A DNA stretch of 32,000 bases from a bacterium (lineage in GTDB: Bacteria > UBP7 > UBA6624 > JBBIMK01). Shown here piece after piece: positions 8,922 through 20,137 of the stretch. Positions within the stretch are counted from its first letter, which is position 1. Each line of letters opens with the position of its first letter. A model generated the notes under the pieces. It made no database searches and was not told the origin of the DNA. It was given only the letters and a program-made list of their open reading frames with translations. The stretch is from contig JBBIMK010000015.1 of the NCBI GenBank assembly GCA_037444445.1, forward strand, positions 18,363 to 50,362. Reading direction: 5' to 3'. The position numbers and the translations under genes were made by a program.

Positions 8922-11062
8922 CTTTCCCTTCTTGAATGCTGAACGAACCCCTTCATAGATAGCGAAATTTTACCGGTATCATCATCGTAATCCAGGACTT
9001 TCACAGCCACTTCCTCACCTGTCTTCAGTAACTGGTGCACATCTTTCCCCCGGGAATCAGGAATTTCAGAGATATGCAGAAGCCCTACTTTCCCGTGGAG
9101 GATTTCCACGAGAGCGCCAAAACTCATAAGACGCTTCACTTTGCCCCGATAAATTTTTCCGATTTCAACCTCGCGAATGAGATTTCTTATCATCGTTTGC
9201 ACTTTCAGAGCGACTTCTGCGTTTTCTGCCGTTACAAAGATGCGTCCATCGTCTTCTATGTCCACCTTCGCTCCTGTTTCATCGGTAATTTTCCGAATAT
9301 TCTTGCCACCGGTGCCAATCACCCCTCCAATCCTTTCTGGCGGAACCGAAAAAATTAAAATGTGAGGGGCGCGGGGAGAAAGTTCAGAACGAGGTGCCGG
9401 CAGGACCTCTTTAATTTTGGAAAGGATAAATAGACGACCCAGGCGCGCTTTTTCCAGCGCCTGACGGATAATTTCCCTGGTTAACCCCGGGATTTTCACA
9501 TCTAACTGGATAGCGGTAATCCCCACCTCAGAGCCCGCCACCTTAAAATCCATGTCGCCAACAGCATCTTCTAACCCCTGTATATCAGTGAGAATTAAAT
9601 ATTCAGAACCTTCTTCCAGGAGCCCCAAAGCCACACCAGCGACAGGGCGCTGAATAGGCACTCCCGCGTCCATCAATGCAAGGGTGCTACCGCACACACT
9701 GGCCATAGAAGTAGAACCATTGGAGGAAATTACTTCAGAAACCAGGCGAATGGTATAAGGAAATACTTCCTTGGGGGGTATCATCGGATATAGAGCTCTT
9801 TCGGCCAGAGCACCATGCCCTACTTCTCTGCGCCCCGGGGAGCGAATGGGCTTCACTTCACCGGTGGAATATCCTGGGAAGTTATACTGGTGGAGAAAGC
9901 GCTTATACTCATCCGGCGTTAAATTTTCAATAATCTGTTCTTCACCGGGTGCACCCAGAGTAGCGATAGTCATCACCTGAGTTAGACCTCTTTGAAACAG
10001 AGCAGAGCCGTGAGCTCGTGGAAGAAAGTTCACTTGAATCTGGATGTCTCGAATCTCATCCAAACTTCGCCCATCGGGGCGGCGTTTTTCTTCCTTGATA
10101 AAACGGCGAACCTCCCGTCGCTTCACCTCTTCGTATAATTCACTGGCTATAATAGGGTTCTCCGAAGGAAAATCCTTCTCCAGAGTTTTCTTGATTTTCA
10201 GGCTGCCCTGCCGAAAAATTTCATCCATTTCCATTTTGCTTTTCCGGGTTAATGCCTCCCGGACAGATTCTATGGCCAGGGATTCCACTAACTGAGCCGC
10301 TTCAGCCGATAGCCGGCGAGGCTCATAGGAAAATTTCGGCATACCGTGCTTTTGCTTCAATTCTTCAATAAAATCAATGACCTGGAGAATCGTCGGATAT
10401 GCGAAATCTATGGCCTGCAGGATGGTTTCTTCAGCCTCTTCTACGGCTCCCGCTTCCAGGACGACCACTTTTTCACGAGTGGCAGATATGACGAGGTCCA
10501 GTGTGCCTTTTTCCAGTTGTTCAAAACTGGGATTGAGAACGAATTCACCCTGGATACGACCTACTCGCACAGCGCCCACTGTGGAGCAGAAGGGTATGTC
10601 CGAGATGGCAATGGCAGCAGAGGCGCCAATAAGCGCGGGCACATCCGGGTCGTATTGCTGGTCTGCTGAAAGGGTGGTAGCCACAATCTGAATGTCATGA
10701 CGAAGGTCTTTCGGGAAAAGAGGGCGGAGGGACCGGTCAATTAAACGGGCGGTTAAAATGGCTTGCTCTGACGGGCGCCCTTCCCGCTTAAAAAAGCCCC
10801 CGGGGATTTTGCCCGCCGCATACATCTTCTCCTCATAATCCACCAAAAGAGGCAGAAAATCCGCATCTTCTCGGGGCTCCTTGGAGGCCGTTGCCGACAC
10901 CAGCACTACAATATCTCCCCATTTCACCAGACAAGAACCATTCGCCTGAGAAGCCAGATTTCCCGTCTCCAGGTAGAGTTCATGGCTCCCGAACTGAAGC
11001 CCCTTCGCCTTTTCTTCAGAACTGGTTGAGGAAAACTTCAAACTCTCTTTCACTGCAGCCAT
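8918..11062 (-). CDS. pnp: Polyribonucleotide nucleotidyltransferase (PNPase)
   Basis: 714 aa: two RNase PH-like halves, a KH motif (GGVIGTGGKNIRKITDETG) and a C-terminal S1 domain (GKIYRGKVKRLMSFGALVEI). Confidence 0.95.
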   Translation of the reverse strand: MAAVKESLKFSSTSSEEKAKGLQFGSHELYLETGNLASQANGSCLVKWGDIVVLVSATASKEPREDADFLPLLVDYEEKMYAAGKIPGGFFKREGRPSEQAILTARLIDRSLRPLFPKDLRHDIQIVATTLSADQQYDPDVPALIGASAAIAISDIPFCSTVGAVRVGRIQGEFVLNPSFEQLEKGTLDLVISATREKVVVLEAGAVEEAEETILQAIDFAYPTILQVIDFIEELKQKHGMPKFSYEPRRLSAEAAQLVESLAIESVREALTRKSKMEMDEIFRQGSLKIKKTLEKDFPSENPIIASELYEEVKRREVRRFIKEEKRRPDGRSLDEIRDIQIQVNFLPRAHGSALFQRGLTQVMTIATLGAPGEEQIIENLTPDEYKRFLHQYNFPGYSTGEVKPIRSPGRREVGHGALAERALYPMIPPKEVFPYTIRLVSEVISSNGSTSMASVCGSTLALMDAGVPIQRPVAGVALGLLEEGSEYLILTDIQGLEDAVGDMDFKVAGSEVGITAIQLDVKIPGLTREIIRQALEKARLGRLFILSKIKEVLPAPRSELSPRAPHILIFSVPPERIGGVIGTGGKNIRKITDETGAKVDIEDDGRIFVTAENAEVALKVQTMIRNLIREVEIGKIYRGKVKRLMSFGALVEILHGKVGLLHISEIPDSRGKDVHQLLKTGEEVAVKVLDYDDDTGKISLSMKGFVQHSRRER

Positions 11063-12417
11063 TTAATCTTACTACTTTTTTCTCGCAGTGTAAAGCGAAA
11101 CGGCACACCCTCAAACGGGTAAAACTGTCGGATATATCTTTCAAAACCCTGATAGAAGGAATCTTTTATAAGGCTCTTGTCGTTGACGAAAAGCAGAAAA
11201 CGAGGAGATTTTCCCTGAGTTTGCGCTATGTAAGAAACGGTCAATCTCTTTTTTCCACGGCTCGGAAGAGGAGTGGAAAACACATAATCTTTTAATAAGC
11301 GATAGAGTTCAGGGGCAGGAATCCGGTGCTTGCTAATGGAAGAAATCTCCACACTTTTTTCTAACAGAGCCTCTATATTCCATTTCTTCAAAGCGGAAAT
11401 AAACAGTAATGGAACAAAGTTCAAAAACGGACATTCCTGGTGAAAAAGGGAAATAAATTTTTTCTGAAACGACTTACGATATTGGAACAAATCAAATTTA
11501 TTCACAGCGATTAAAAGACATTTTCCCTGGTCTTTCAAAAATCCTCCAATCCGTTTATCGGTGCGAGTGATGCCTTCGGAGGCATTCAGGAGAAACATCA
11601 CCACATCCACAGAACGGAGGATGCCCCGTGAACGGATTTCACTATAATAATCCAGAGGGTCAGCATAGCGGAATTTAAGAGCGAGTCCCGCGGTATCTAC
11701 CAGGCGAAAGAGATGATTTTTCCAGGTGAAGAGGGATTCCACGGCATCTCGTGTGGTGCCTGGAACTGGGCTCACCTGGGCTCGTTCTTCTCCAAGGATG
11801 GCATTCATCAGAGTAGATTTTCCCACATTTCTTCGCCCAATGATAGCCAGAGTCAGAGAAGGCTCTTTTCCAGCCACTGGGGTTTCTGGAATGAGACGGG
11901 CAATTTCATCCAGAAGATTATCGACCCCGCGACCGTGCAAAGCGGAAATGAAAAAAATCGGCTGAACGCCTAAAGAACGGAAAACCTGAGCATCTAATTC
12001 CCTTTGCTCCTGGTCCACTTTATTCACTGCCAGCCAAACTCTCTTTCTGGACCGTTGAAGCAGGCGAGCCAACACCCAGTCCTCTTCGGTAATTCCAGTG
12101 GTCGCATCGGTAACGAGGAGTAATAAATCTGCCTCTTGTAGAATACCCTGGTATTGATTTCTCACATTTTTTTCCAGGAAAGAAGTATAGGAAGGATAAC
12201 CAGCGGCATCCATTACACGAAAGGAGTGTCCTAACCACACTGCCAGGCCATAGAGGCGGTCTCGCGTAACCCCGGGCGTGGGATGAACGATGGCCTGTCG
12301 CCTCCCAACAAGCCGGTTGAAAAGTGTAGACTTGCCCACATTGGGTTTACCCAGAATAGCCACAGTAAACAGCGGATTTCCTTGAACACCCGGGGACATT
12401 CCGGAGCGTGCCGACAT
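11050..12417 (-). CDS. der: Ribosome-biogenesis GTPase Der (EngA), double GTPase domain
   Basis: Two P-loops (GKPNVGKSTLFN and GRRNVGKSTLMN), two DTAG motifs, NKVD/NKFD, and a C-terminal KH-like tail. Confidence 0.93.
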   Translation of the reverse strand: MSARSGMSPGVQGNPLFTVAILGKPNVGKSTLFNRLVGRRQAIVHPTPGVTRDRLYGLAVWLGHSFRVMDAAGYPSYTSFLEKNVRNQYQGILQEADLLLLVTDATTGITEEDWVLARLLQRSRKRVWLAVNKVDQEQRELDAQVFRSLGVQPIFFISALHGRGVDNLLDEIARLIPETPVAGKEPSLTLAIIGRRNVGKSTLMNAILGEERAQVSPVPGTTRDAVESLFTWKNHLFRLVDTAGLALKFRYADPLDYYSEIRSRGILRSVDVVMFLLNASEGITRTDKRIGGFLKDQGKCLLIAVNKFDLFQYRKSFQKKFISLFHQECPFLNFVPLLFISALKKWNIEALLEKSVEISSISKHRIPAPELYRLLKDYVFSTPLPSRGKKRLTVSYIAQTQGKSPRFLLFVNDKSLIKDSFYQGFERYIRQFYPFEGVPFRFTLREKSSKIKWLQ

Positions 12418-13487
12418 TAAAATTTTTCGACCATATCCAAAAAATAGCGGAAAAGATTCCGAGAATCCAGAGGTCCAGGGGCTCCTTCAGGATGATATTG
12501 AACAGAGAAAATGGGAAGTTCCGTATGTTCCATTCCTTCAACTGTGCCATCGTTGACCGCCCGGTGAGAAACACGGAATCCCGTGTTCTTCAAGGATTCC
12601 TGCTCCACAGCAAATCCGTGATTTTGTGTGGTAATTGTCACTTCACCCGTGTCCACCTGAATCACTGGATGATTTCCGCCGTGATGACCGAATTTCAACT
12701 TATAGGTTCTTGCGTTGCTGGCTAAAGCAAGAATCTGATGCCCGAGGCAAATACCGAAGATGGGGAGTTTACCCATAAGGTCTTTCACCATCTGGATGGC
12801 ATAGGTGAGGATGGCGGGGTCGCCTGGTCCATTAGATAATACCACTCCCTTAGGTTGATACTCCAGCACCTGACTTGCTAAAACAGTTGCAGGCAGGACG
12901 ACAACGCGAAAACCCGTTTGAATTAAGTTTTTCAAAATACTTCGCTTCACACCATAATCTATGAGAACAATCAGGGACTTACCCTCACCCAGAATCTGTG
13001 GCTCTTTCACGCTTACTTGTTTCACATAGTCCACCTGAGAAATATCGGGTTGCTTCCTGACTTCCTGCAGGAGGGCATCCCCTTCTATTACTGACGAAAA
13101 TCCGCCTTTCATAGCCCCTTTCGTGCGAATATGCCGCGTTAATGCTCGTGTGTCTACATCCTGCATCACTGCAATTTGATGCTTCTTCACATATTCCAGC
13201 AGGGGTGTAAAACCTGGAATAGCGCCCTCAGTGAACGAGTCTACAATAATCCCCCGGACATGGGGTTGATACGATTCATTTTCTTCATCCAGAGCGCCAT
13301 AATTCCCAATCAGAGGATAAGTAAAAGTTACGATTTGACCCGCATAGGAGGGGTCTGTCATGACTTCCTGATAGCCAGTCATATTTGTCGTGAACACGAC
13401 TTCTCCGAACACTGTTCCATCCCAGTAAACAGTCTGTCCTTCCAGGGAAAAACCGTCTTCCAGCATTAAATGGCATACCTTATTCAT
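12417..13487 (-). CDS. carA: Carbamoyl-phosphate synthase small (glutaminase) subunit
   Basis: N-terminal LEDGFSLEGQ..FGEVVFTTNMTGYQE and the class-I amidotransferase triad context GICLGHQ ... VQYHPEGAPGP. Confidence 0.93.
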   Translation of the reverse strand: MNKVCHLMLEDGFSLEGQTVYWDGTVFGEVVFTTNMTGYQEVMTDPSYAGQIVTFTYPLIGNYGALDEENESYQPHVRGIIVDSFTEGAIPGFTPLLEYVKKHQIAVMQDVDTRALTRHIRTKGAMKGGFSSVIEGDALLQEVRKQPDISQVDYVKQVSVKEPQILGEGKSLIVLIDYGVKRSILKNLIQTGFRVVVLPATVLASQVLEYQPKGVVLSNGPGDPAILTYAIQMVKDLMGKLPIFGICLGHQILALASNARTYKLKFGHHGGNHPVIQVDTGEVTITTQNHGFAVEQESLKNTGFRVSHRAVNDGTVEGMEHTELPIFSVQYHPEGAPGPLDSRNLFRYFLDMVEKF

Positions 13488-14778
13488 TTTCTATCACCTT
13501 GCCATCCATTTTAGTAATTGTACCACCATAAAAAGTCCAATACACCCATCCATAAAGTATCTTTCCCACATAGGGGCAATTTTTCCCCCGAGATTGTAAG
13601 TGCTCATCCTTCACACGGAACCGCTTATGTGGGTCGAACAGAATGAGGTCTGCGGGATTTCCCACCGCTAAACGACCGAGGCTATCCCAGCCTAACAGTT
13701 TGGCAGGCAGAAGGGTGGCTTTCCGTAAAGCCTGTGGCAGGCTCATTTTCCCGCGAACCGTCAGAGCAGTGATGAGTAAAGGTAAAAATAAATCCAGGCT
13801 GGAAATTCCGAAGGGTATCTGCTCAAAGGGTAGAGTTTGAGAAGCCTCACCGTGAGGCGCGTGGTCGGAAGCAAATACATCAATTTTGCCCGTTCGCAAT
13901 GCTTCAAGAAGGTCAGTGGAATCCTCTTTCGTTCGTAATGGTGGTTTCACCTTTCCACGGTAATCCAGATTGTGGAGAAAGGATTCATTGAGCAGGAGAT
14001 GATGAGGAGTGACCTCCGAGGATACAGGGAAGTGGTTACGACGGGCGAAGTGAATCCACGGCAACGACTCCCGGCTACTCAAGTGAGCCAGGTGTAAAGG
14101 AGTTTTCGTTTCTCCAGCCAGGATAACATCCCTTGCCACAGCCACTACTTCTGAAGAAGCGGGGATCCCACGAATTCCATGTTTTTGGCTTAATTTCCCT
14201 TCATTGATCTGCCCGCCCAAACACAAAGATGGGTCTTCAGCATGGCTGATGATGAATTTACCCAGGCGTCCTGCGCTGAGGAGAGCCTGTTTCATCAAAG
14301 CAGAATTAGAGACCCACGAACCGTCATCTGAGAAAGCCACCACACCTGCCTTAACCAGTTTCTCAAAATCCACCAGTTCTTCTCCCGCCCGGTTCCGGGT
14401 GATGGCTCCCACAGGAAGAACTCGTGCCATTCCAACCTTGCGAGAGCGAAGAAGAACTTCACGAACCACTTCCGGGCAATCCATAGCCGGTTGTGTGTTG
14501 GGCATCGCCAGAAGAGTCGTCACGCCTCCATTAGCGGCAGCCTTGCACCCGCTTTTCACATCCTCTTTCTTCTCCTCTCCCGGCTCTCGTAGATGGCAAT
14601 GAAGGTCTATTAACCCCGGTGCAGCATAAAGGCCATTCGCCTGGATTATCCGGTCAGCCCTAACCGGAAGAGAAGAGACCATCCTCGCAATCTTACCATT
14701 TTCTATCAGGATGTCTCCGGGTATCACACGACCCTTTTCCACATCCACGATTAAAGCATCCCGGATTAAGATTTTCAT
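13480..14778 (-). CDS. pyrC: Dihydroorotase (type I)
   Basis: Metal-ligand motifs are all present: DLHCHLREPG, AFSDDG, ISHAEDP, LHLAHLSS, FASDHAPH. I placed the start at ATG 14778 (MKILIRDALIVD), which forms an ATGA overlap with the pyrB stop. The track start at 14847 adds 23 atypical residues inside pyrB. Confidence 0.9.
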   Translation of the reverse strand: MKILIRDALIVDVEKGRVIPGDILIENGKIARMVSSLPVRADRIIQANGLYAAPGLIDLHCHLREPGEEKKEDVKSGCKAAANGGVTTLLAMPNTQPAMDCPEVVREVLLRSRKVGMARVLPVGAITRNRAGEELVDFEKLVKAGVVAFSDDGSWVSNSALMKQALLSAGRLGKFIISHAEDPSLCLGGQINEGKLSQKHGIRGIPASSEVVAVARDVILAGETKTPLHLAHLSSRESLPWIHFARRNHFPVSSEVTPHHLLLNESFLHNLDYRGKVKPPLRTKEDSTDLLEALRTGKIDVFASDHAPHGEASQTLPFEQIPFGISSLDLFLPLLITALTVRGKMSLPQALRKATLLPAKLLGWDSLGRLAVGNPADLILFDPHKRFRVKDEHLQSRGKNCPYVGKILYGWVYWTFYGGTITKMDGKVIENE

Positions 14779-15677
14779 GTAGAATCGCGTTCCATCAAAG
14801 TCAGCAAAGCGGCGCGGGCAAAGAATCCATTCTCCACTTGCTTCCATATCAAGGAACGGTCAGCATAAACTACTTTCTCAGACACCTCAATGTTTCGCTC
14901 AAAGGGTCCTGCATGCATCAGGTAGGTTTTCACTGGCATCTTTCGCAACTGGAAGCGTGACACATATTCAGATATCAGAGCCTCAGAGAGGGAAGAAGAG
15001 GGATGACGCTCCCTTTGGAAGCGTAGAACATATATCACATCCGCCCATTGAAGAACAGAATTCAGGTTGTCAAACAGGGTCAGTTTGAGTTGATGCATAT
15101 CCGAGGGCAAGAAAGGTTCCATGGTGCAAAGCCCGATTTCTGCGCCTCCTGATATGAAGACTTGATAATTGGACCTGAAAACTCGACTGTATGCCGCATC
15201 ACCCAGAAAACCGATGCGTAATCCTTTCAGGGTTTGAAAAGTTTCTTTCAAGGTCAATAAATCGCCCAGCGACTGAGTGGGATGCTCACGGGTTCCTTCG
15301 CCTGCATTAATGATTCGTAATGAGGTCTGCGGTGCCACGGCACCCAACACTCCTTCCTCTTTCAGGCGAATGACACCATAATCCACTCCCTCCATCTCCA
15401 GCGTTTTCAGGGTATCCAGTAGAGATTCACCTTTCTGAAGGCTGCTCATTTCTGGAAGTATGTCTATCACCTCTGCTCCGAGTGAACGGGCAGAGAATGT
15501 AAATGAGACCTTGGTTCGGGTGCTGGGCTCCAGAAACAGGGTGGCAATCCACCGTCCTTTCAATATCGGGGGCAAGTTTTTCTTCCCTCTTTTCTTATAT
15601 CCTTCCACTGCTGGATAAAAATCGTTTAGGAAGTCGGGAGTGATTTGCTGTGCCGATAAGAAGTCTTTCATTCTCAT
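14775..15677 (-). CDS. pyrB: Aspartate carbamoyltransferase catalytic subunit
   Basis: STRTKVSF (carbamoyl-phosphate site), HPTQSLGDLLT, MHAGPFERNIEV. 300 aa. Confidence 0.92.
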   Translation of the reverse strand: MRMKDFLSAQQITPDFLNDFYPAVEGYKKRGKKNLPPILKGRWIATLFLEPSTRTKVSFTFSARSLGAEVIDILPEMSSLQKGESLLDTLKTLEMEGVDYGVIRLKEEGVLGAVAPQTSLRIINAGEGTREHPTQSLGDLLTLKETFQTLKGLRIGFLGDAAYSRVFRSNYQVFISGGAEIGLCTMEPFLPSDMHQLKLTLFDNLNSVLQWADVIYVLRFQRERHPSSSLSEALISEYVSRFQLRKMPVKTYLMHAGPFERNIEVSEKVVYADRSLIWKQVENGFFARAALLTLMERDST

Positions 15678-16721
15678 CTAAAACTGCCAGGGCCTGGGTT
15701 CAAAAATTTCATGAAATGTCCACAGGGCAAACTGGTCTGTCATTCCAGCCACATAGTCGCAGGCATCACGGGCTCGCTGAGGTAAAGGGGTTTCACGGTC
15801 GCCTGGCTTGCCGGGTAAACCCCGTTCCACGAAATAATCAAATAATAAGGTAATCATCCGCTCTACTTTGCCCCACTCTTCCTGATGTTCATCACGCAGG
15901 TACACAGTTTCATACAGGAACTCCTTCGTTTGGTCCATCGCCTGCTGAATGTGGGGGCTGATAGAAATCCGGCTTTGTCCTTTTGAGCGCTCCACTACAT
16001 CTTTCACAATCGTCCCGATTCGGCGGGAGTGCGTTTCACCCAGAACACGAAGGATAGACTTCGGCACATCTTTAAGACTCAGAAGCCCCGCCCGAAGTGC
16101 ATCATCTAAATCGTGATTGATGTAAGCAATTCGGTCTGAAATTCTCACAACCTGCCCTTCCAAAGTGGCGGGAAAATCTCCTTCCTCCGAAATGTCTTTC
16201 CTCCCTTTAGAATGGTGAAGAATGCCATCCCGAACTTCAAAAGTCAGGTTCAATCCTTTTCCTTCGTTTTCCAGGACATCCACGACGCGAAGGCTTTGCT
16301 CATAATGCCGAAACCCTTCAGGAACATACTTACGGTAAACATTATCCAGAGCCTGCTCACCCGCATGTCCGAAGGGGGTGTGGCCCAGGTCATGACCGAG
16401 AGCGATGGCCTCAATCAAATCCTCATTCAAACAGAGTGCGCGACCGATCGTGCGAGCAATCTGCGAAACTTCCAATGTATGTGTCATCCGGGTTCGGTAA
16501 TGGTCACCCTGAGGGGCGAATAACACTTGCGTTTTATGCTTCAACCGTCGGAAAGCCTTGGAATGAATAATTCGATCCCGGTCCCTCTGATATTCTGTGC
16601 GAATGTCATCCGGCGGCTCCGGCCGCAGACGACCCTTACTTTTGAAACTCCGTTGAGCAAACGGAGAAAGAATTTGACCTTCTATTCTCTCCCATTCTTC
16701 CCGTATAGTAAATTTACTCAT
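15678..16721 (-). CDS. dgt: dGTPase-like HD-domain triphosphohydrolase
   Basis: YQRDRDRIIHSKAFRRLKHKTQV, THTLEVSQIAR, GHDLGHTPFGHAGE, ISDRIAYINHDLDDA. I prefer the ATG at 16721 (MSKFTIRE) to the TTG at 16736. Confidence 0.88.
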   Translation of the reverse strand: MSKFTIREEWERIEGQILSPFAQRSFKSKGRLRPEPPDDIRTEYQRDRDRIIHSKAFRRLKHKTQVLFAPQGDHYRTRMTHTLEVSQIARTIGRALCLNEDLIEAIALGHDLGHTPFGHAGEQALDNVYRKYVPEGFRHYEQSLRVVDVLENEGKGLNLTFEVRDGILHHSKGRKDISEEGDFPATLEGQVVRISDRIAYINHDLDDALRAGLLSLKDVPKSILRVLGETHSRRIGTIVKDVVERSKGQSRISISPHIQQAMDQTKEFLYETVYLRDEHQEEWGKVERMITLLFDYFVERGLPGKPGDRETPLPQRARDACDYVAGMTDQFALWTFHEIFEPRPWQF

Positions 16722-18918
16722 ATTTCTCGATGACAATCTTCGTCAAATCTCCAAAAGCCTGAAAGCACTCGTCCAGCAAACCCAGCAGAGCAATGCGATT
16801 AGAGCGAATCCTGGGGTCTTCATGCATGACAAGCACTTTGTCAAAAAAAGTATCCATCATCTGAAGCCTATCCGATGTAAAAGCGCAGAAGTAGCGATAA
16901 AATGAATCATCATCGGGAGAACACTTCAGAAATTTCTGGCGTTCCTCATTTAAGGATTGGTAAATCTGATAAACTTTATGGACATAAAAGTCCCTGTCGT
17001 AAGCCAAATCCAAAGACGGAACCACATCAAAAGACAATCCCTGGAGGTAGATGTTATGGATTCTCACCCCCACCCGCACCAGGTTGCCGAAAAGAGGCAT
17101 ATTACCTTTTAGAAAGCTGTTCTTAAGAACTTGCAAGAAAACACCTGATCGAATGGCATAATATGGATTTTCAAAACCATGGGCAAGGGCGGCCTGAACC
17201 ACATCATGCTCCAATTGATTGGCATGGAGAGCGCCCTGATATTCTCCTGGATACTTTCCAAAATTATACCTATGTGGAGGGGCGGATTCACGAAGATAAT
17301 TTTCAAGCCGTTGATTGAAAAAAAATTTTATCTCTGGGATTTTGTTTGCTCCTATCTGAACTGTTGCAGAGCAATTCTCCAGGCACTTCCGTAAAGGAAA
17401 GTCCATTCTATTTTCATCCAAAATTCGGAGGATGCCCATGACATTCCTGCGAAATCCCAGAGGGTCTCGGGTTCCTGAGGGACGAATATCCGTGGAAAAA
17501 TAACAGAGTAGATTGTCTATTTTATCTGCTAAACTCAGCACGATACCCGGAGTCGTTTTGGGGACTCGATCCAGGGCTCCTTTAGGCAGGTAGCTTTCCC
17601 AGACCGCCTGAGAAATTTCAGGGGATTCGCCGGATTTCAGGGCATAAATTTTCCCCATCACCCCTTCTAAGTCAGTGATTTCACGAACCATATAGGTAGC
17701 CTGGTCAGCCCGACACAACTGTCCCGCCCGCTCTAAAATCTCTGCGTGCACTGGCTCCTTCAGATGCTGATTCACCACATTCGCCAGTTGCTTCAGTCTC
17801 TGGGTCTTGTCATATAAACTGCCGAAACCTTCCAGGAATAAAATTCCCCGGAGGTCATCCACTCGCTCGGCAAGAGGCTTCTTTAAGTCTTTTTCATAAA
17901 AATAGAGGGCATCCGTTAATCTTGCCACCGCCAATTTTTCATAGCCCTTACGAATAATTTTCAGATCTGCGTCAGATTTTGGGCCATCGGCAATAAATGT
18001 GAAGCGATTCGTGAGAGTCTCATCTCCTTTTAATTCCGGCACACAATGCATCTGCTTTTGAATGACCATTCTTACGACTTCACTCGGAAGAACATTAAAC
18101 TTTTCCGGGAACTGAGCCTCTGCCACGGAAGGATATTCATATTCAAATTGCAGAGATTCTGTCCAATCCCACCATCTACCTGTTTTCTCACCTTGTAGTG
18201 ATAAACGAATACCTGCATCCTGAGAATCATCTGAAGGGGAAGCCAGCATCACATCCGACTTCTTAATTTTCACAAAATAATCTTGCGGATTGCGGATAGA
18301 TATCCAGCCTGGTGAAGCGTAGCGATGTCCTCTCGTTCGCACTCCGCTGCGGACACTACCGACTGTAAATCGGAGGGGATATTCATCCAATAGGCAGAGA
18401 ATCCAGTGGATGGGGCGCAAGAAGGAAATCTGCTCTTCACCCCACCGCATTCGCCTGGGATATAACCCTGCTAAAGATAAAATAAAATCTGGAAGAGCAG
18501 ATTGAAACAGGGTTCGGAGGTCACCTTTCCATCGCACTTTACCACATAAGTATTTTCCCTTCAGCGTATTCTTTGAGTAAAGGTTTTTCAGGGGTCTGCC
18601 AAGTTTCTTTGCAAACCCTTTTGCCGCAACAGTTGGCTTCCCTTTCTCATCGAAAGCAATATGCCAGGGTGGCCCCTGAATCTCCTGCTCCAGAATCTCC
18701 AGATCCAGCGTCAGACCTTGCAAGAGGTAGACGATTCGGCGAGAAGTTAGATACACATCTGATTTCCCTACCTTCACACCTTTAGGCTGTAGATAATCAG
18801 CCAGGAAGTTGGTGCCATTATGGTATAATTCGCGAAGGAAAAGTGGGGGAAGTTCCTCGCATCCGATTTCTAACAATAATTCACTCGCTTCAACGACTTT
18901 CTTTCGCGACTGAACCAA
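16714..18918 (-). CDS. glyS: Glycine--tRNA ligase beta subunit
   Basis: N-terminal [12 protein letters not shown] signature, ~700+ aa, immediately downstream of glyQ. The start may be TTG 18918 (29-nt overlap with glyQ) or the in-frame TTG 18876 (no overlap). Confidence 0.9.
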   Translation of the reverse strand: MVQSRKKVVEASELLLEIGCEELPPLFLRELYHNGTNFLADYLQPKGVKVGKSDVYLTSRRIVYLLQGLTLDLEILEQEIQGPPWHIAFDEKGKPTVAAKGFAKKLGRPLKNLYSKNTLKGKYLCGKVRWKGDLRTLFQSALPDFILSLAGLYPRRMRWGEEQISFLRPIHWILCLLDEYPLRFTVGSVRSGVRTRGHRYASPGWISIRNPQDYFVKIKKSDVMLASPSDDSQDAGIRLSLQGEKTGRWWDWTESLQFEYEYPSVAEAQFPEKFNVLPSEVVRMVIQKQMHCVPELKGDETLTNRFTFIADGPKSDADLKIIRKGYEKLAVARLTDALYFYEKDLKKPLAERVDDLRGILFLEGFGSLYDKTQRLKQLANVVNQHLKEPVHAEILERAGQLCRADQATYMVREITDLEGVMGKIYALKSGESPEISQAVWESYLPKGALDRVPKTTPGIVLSLADKIDNLLCYFSTDIRPSGTRDPLGFRRNVMGILRILDENRMDFPLRKCLENCSATVQIGANKIPEIKFFFNQRLENYLRESAPPHRYNFGKYPGEYQGALHANQLEHDVVQAALAHGFENPYYAIRSGVFLQVLKNSFLKGNMPLFGNLVRVGVRIHNIYLQGLSFDVVPSLDLAYDRDFYVHKVYQIYQSLNEERQKFLKCSPDDDSFYRYFCAFTSDRLQMMDTFFDKVLVMHEDPRIRSNRIALLGLLDECFQAFGDLTKIVIEKYE

Positions 18919-19780
18919 GAACGTCTGACCTCTGCAGTTCCGATTGATTCAGATAGGCTTGCGCGATCGCGCCAGCCAGGTCCCGAATTCGTTTCATTAC
19001 TTTCGCCCGCTCCATCGGACTGATGGCACCCCGGGCGTCCAGAATATTGAATAAATGTGAGAGTTTCAGCGTGTAATCATAGGCGGGCAGCAGAAGCCTC
19101 TTTTCATATAGCCTTTTCCCTTCTGCCTCATAAATCTCAAAGAGTTTCCAGTGTTCCTCAATAGAGGCTTCCTCAAAATAAAACGCAGAAAATTGCTTTT
19201 CCACTTCCAACTGTAAATCGCCGTAGGTTTTCCTTCCTCTTCCCCATTCCAGGTCAAAAATAGAGTTTTTGTCCTGTAAAGACAGGGCAATACGCTCCAG
19301 CCCGTAAGTTAATTCCACGGGAATGGGGAACAGGTCAACACCACCCATCTGCTGGAAGTAAGTGAATTGAGTAATTTCCAGACCATCCAGCCAAACTTCC
19401 CAGCCAATCCCCCAGGCTCCAAGGACAGGTGATTCCCAGTCATCCTCCATGAACCGAATATCGTGTTGCTTCAGAGCAATTCCGAGGGCTTCCAGACTTT
19501 CCAGATAAATTTCCTGAATCTCTTTGGGTGAAGGCTTCAGAATCACCTGGTACTGATAATAATATCCCAGGCGGTTGGGATTATCTCCATACCGGGCATC
19601 CGCAGGTCTTCTGCAGGGCTGGGGATAAGCCACACGGGCAGGCTCTCTGCCCAGTGAGTAAAAAAAGGTAGCCGGATGCATCGTGCCTGCCCCCACTTCT
19701 ACATCGTAAGGCTGGAGAATCAGGCACCCCCTGTTCGCCCAGTAGGCATTTAGGGTGTGAATCAGAGTTTGAAAATTCAT
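18890..19780 (-). CDS. glyQ: Glycine--tRNA ligase alpha subunit
   Basis: [39 protein letters not shown] and [13 protein letters not shown] overlap with the rpsT stop. Confidence 0.95.
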   Translation of the reverse strand: MNFQTLIHTLNAYWANRGCLILQPYDVEVGAGTMHPATFFYSLGREPARVAYPQPCRRPADARYGDNPNRLGYYYQYQVILKPSPKEIQEIYLESLEALGIALKQHDIRFMEDDWESPVLGAWGIGWEVWLDGLEITQFTYFQQMGGVDLFPIPVELTYGLERIALSLQDKNSIFDLEWGRGRKTYGDLQLEVEKQFSAFYFEEASIEEHWKLFEIYEAEGKRLYEKRLLLPAYDYTLKLSHLFNILDARGAISPMERAKVMKRIRDLAGAIAQAYLNQSELQRSDVLGSVAKESR

Positions 19781-20082
19781 CCAGATGTAACCGGAATAGA
19801 TTGTCCCTGCCGAGCCAGAAACTGGTTTAACTTCTTCATCAGTCTGGAAACACGCCGGGAAGCCTGGTTTCGGTGTATCACCCCTTTAGAAGCCACCTTC
19901 TGAATTTTTTGGATGGCTCCCTGAACCGCCTGAATCGCTATTTCAGCCGTAGTCTTTTCGTCCGACAGAACCCTCATCGTTTTCTTCACTTCGGTCCTCA
20001 TCGCCGAAAGATGAGACCTATTCTGTAAACGCCGCCTTTCCGTCTGACGTACCCGCTTCAATGAACTTTTCTTCTTTTTCAC
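19777..20082 (-). CDS. rpsT: 30S ribosomal protein S20
   Basis: Basic 101-aa protein containing [33 protein letters not shown] start at 20082, preceded by GAGGAGG (20090-20096, minus strand) at 7-nt spacing. Confidence 0.9.
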   Translation of the reverse strand: MKKKKSSLKRVRQTERRRLQNRSHLSAMRTEVKKTMRVLSDEKTTAEIAIQAVQGAIQKIQKVASKGVIHRNQASRRVSRLMKKLNQFLARQGQSIPVTSG

Positions 20083-20108
20083 TTATCTGCCTCCTCGCAT
20101 CATAACCC

Positions 20109-20137
20109 ATTATATCCCTACTCACAGATATTTTCAA
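20109..20137 (-). promoter_or_regulatory. Near-consensus sigma70-type promoter for rpsT and the downstream gene chain
   Basis: The minus strand reads TTGAAA (20137-20132), a 17-nt spacer, then TATAAT (20114-20109). The predicted transcription start is ~20 nt upstream of the rpsT GTG, leaving a short leader that carries the GAGGAGG Shine-Dalgarno sequence. Confidence 0.55.

Noticed and set aside
14779-14847. 23-codon N-terminal extension of pyrC (MEASGEWILCPRRFADFDGTRFY).
   Set aside because: It lies entirely inside the 3' end of pyrB. The ATG at 14778 gives the typical DHOase N-terminus MKILIRDALIVD and a classic ATGA stop/start overlap.
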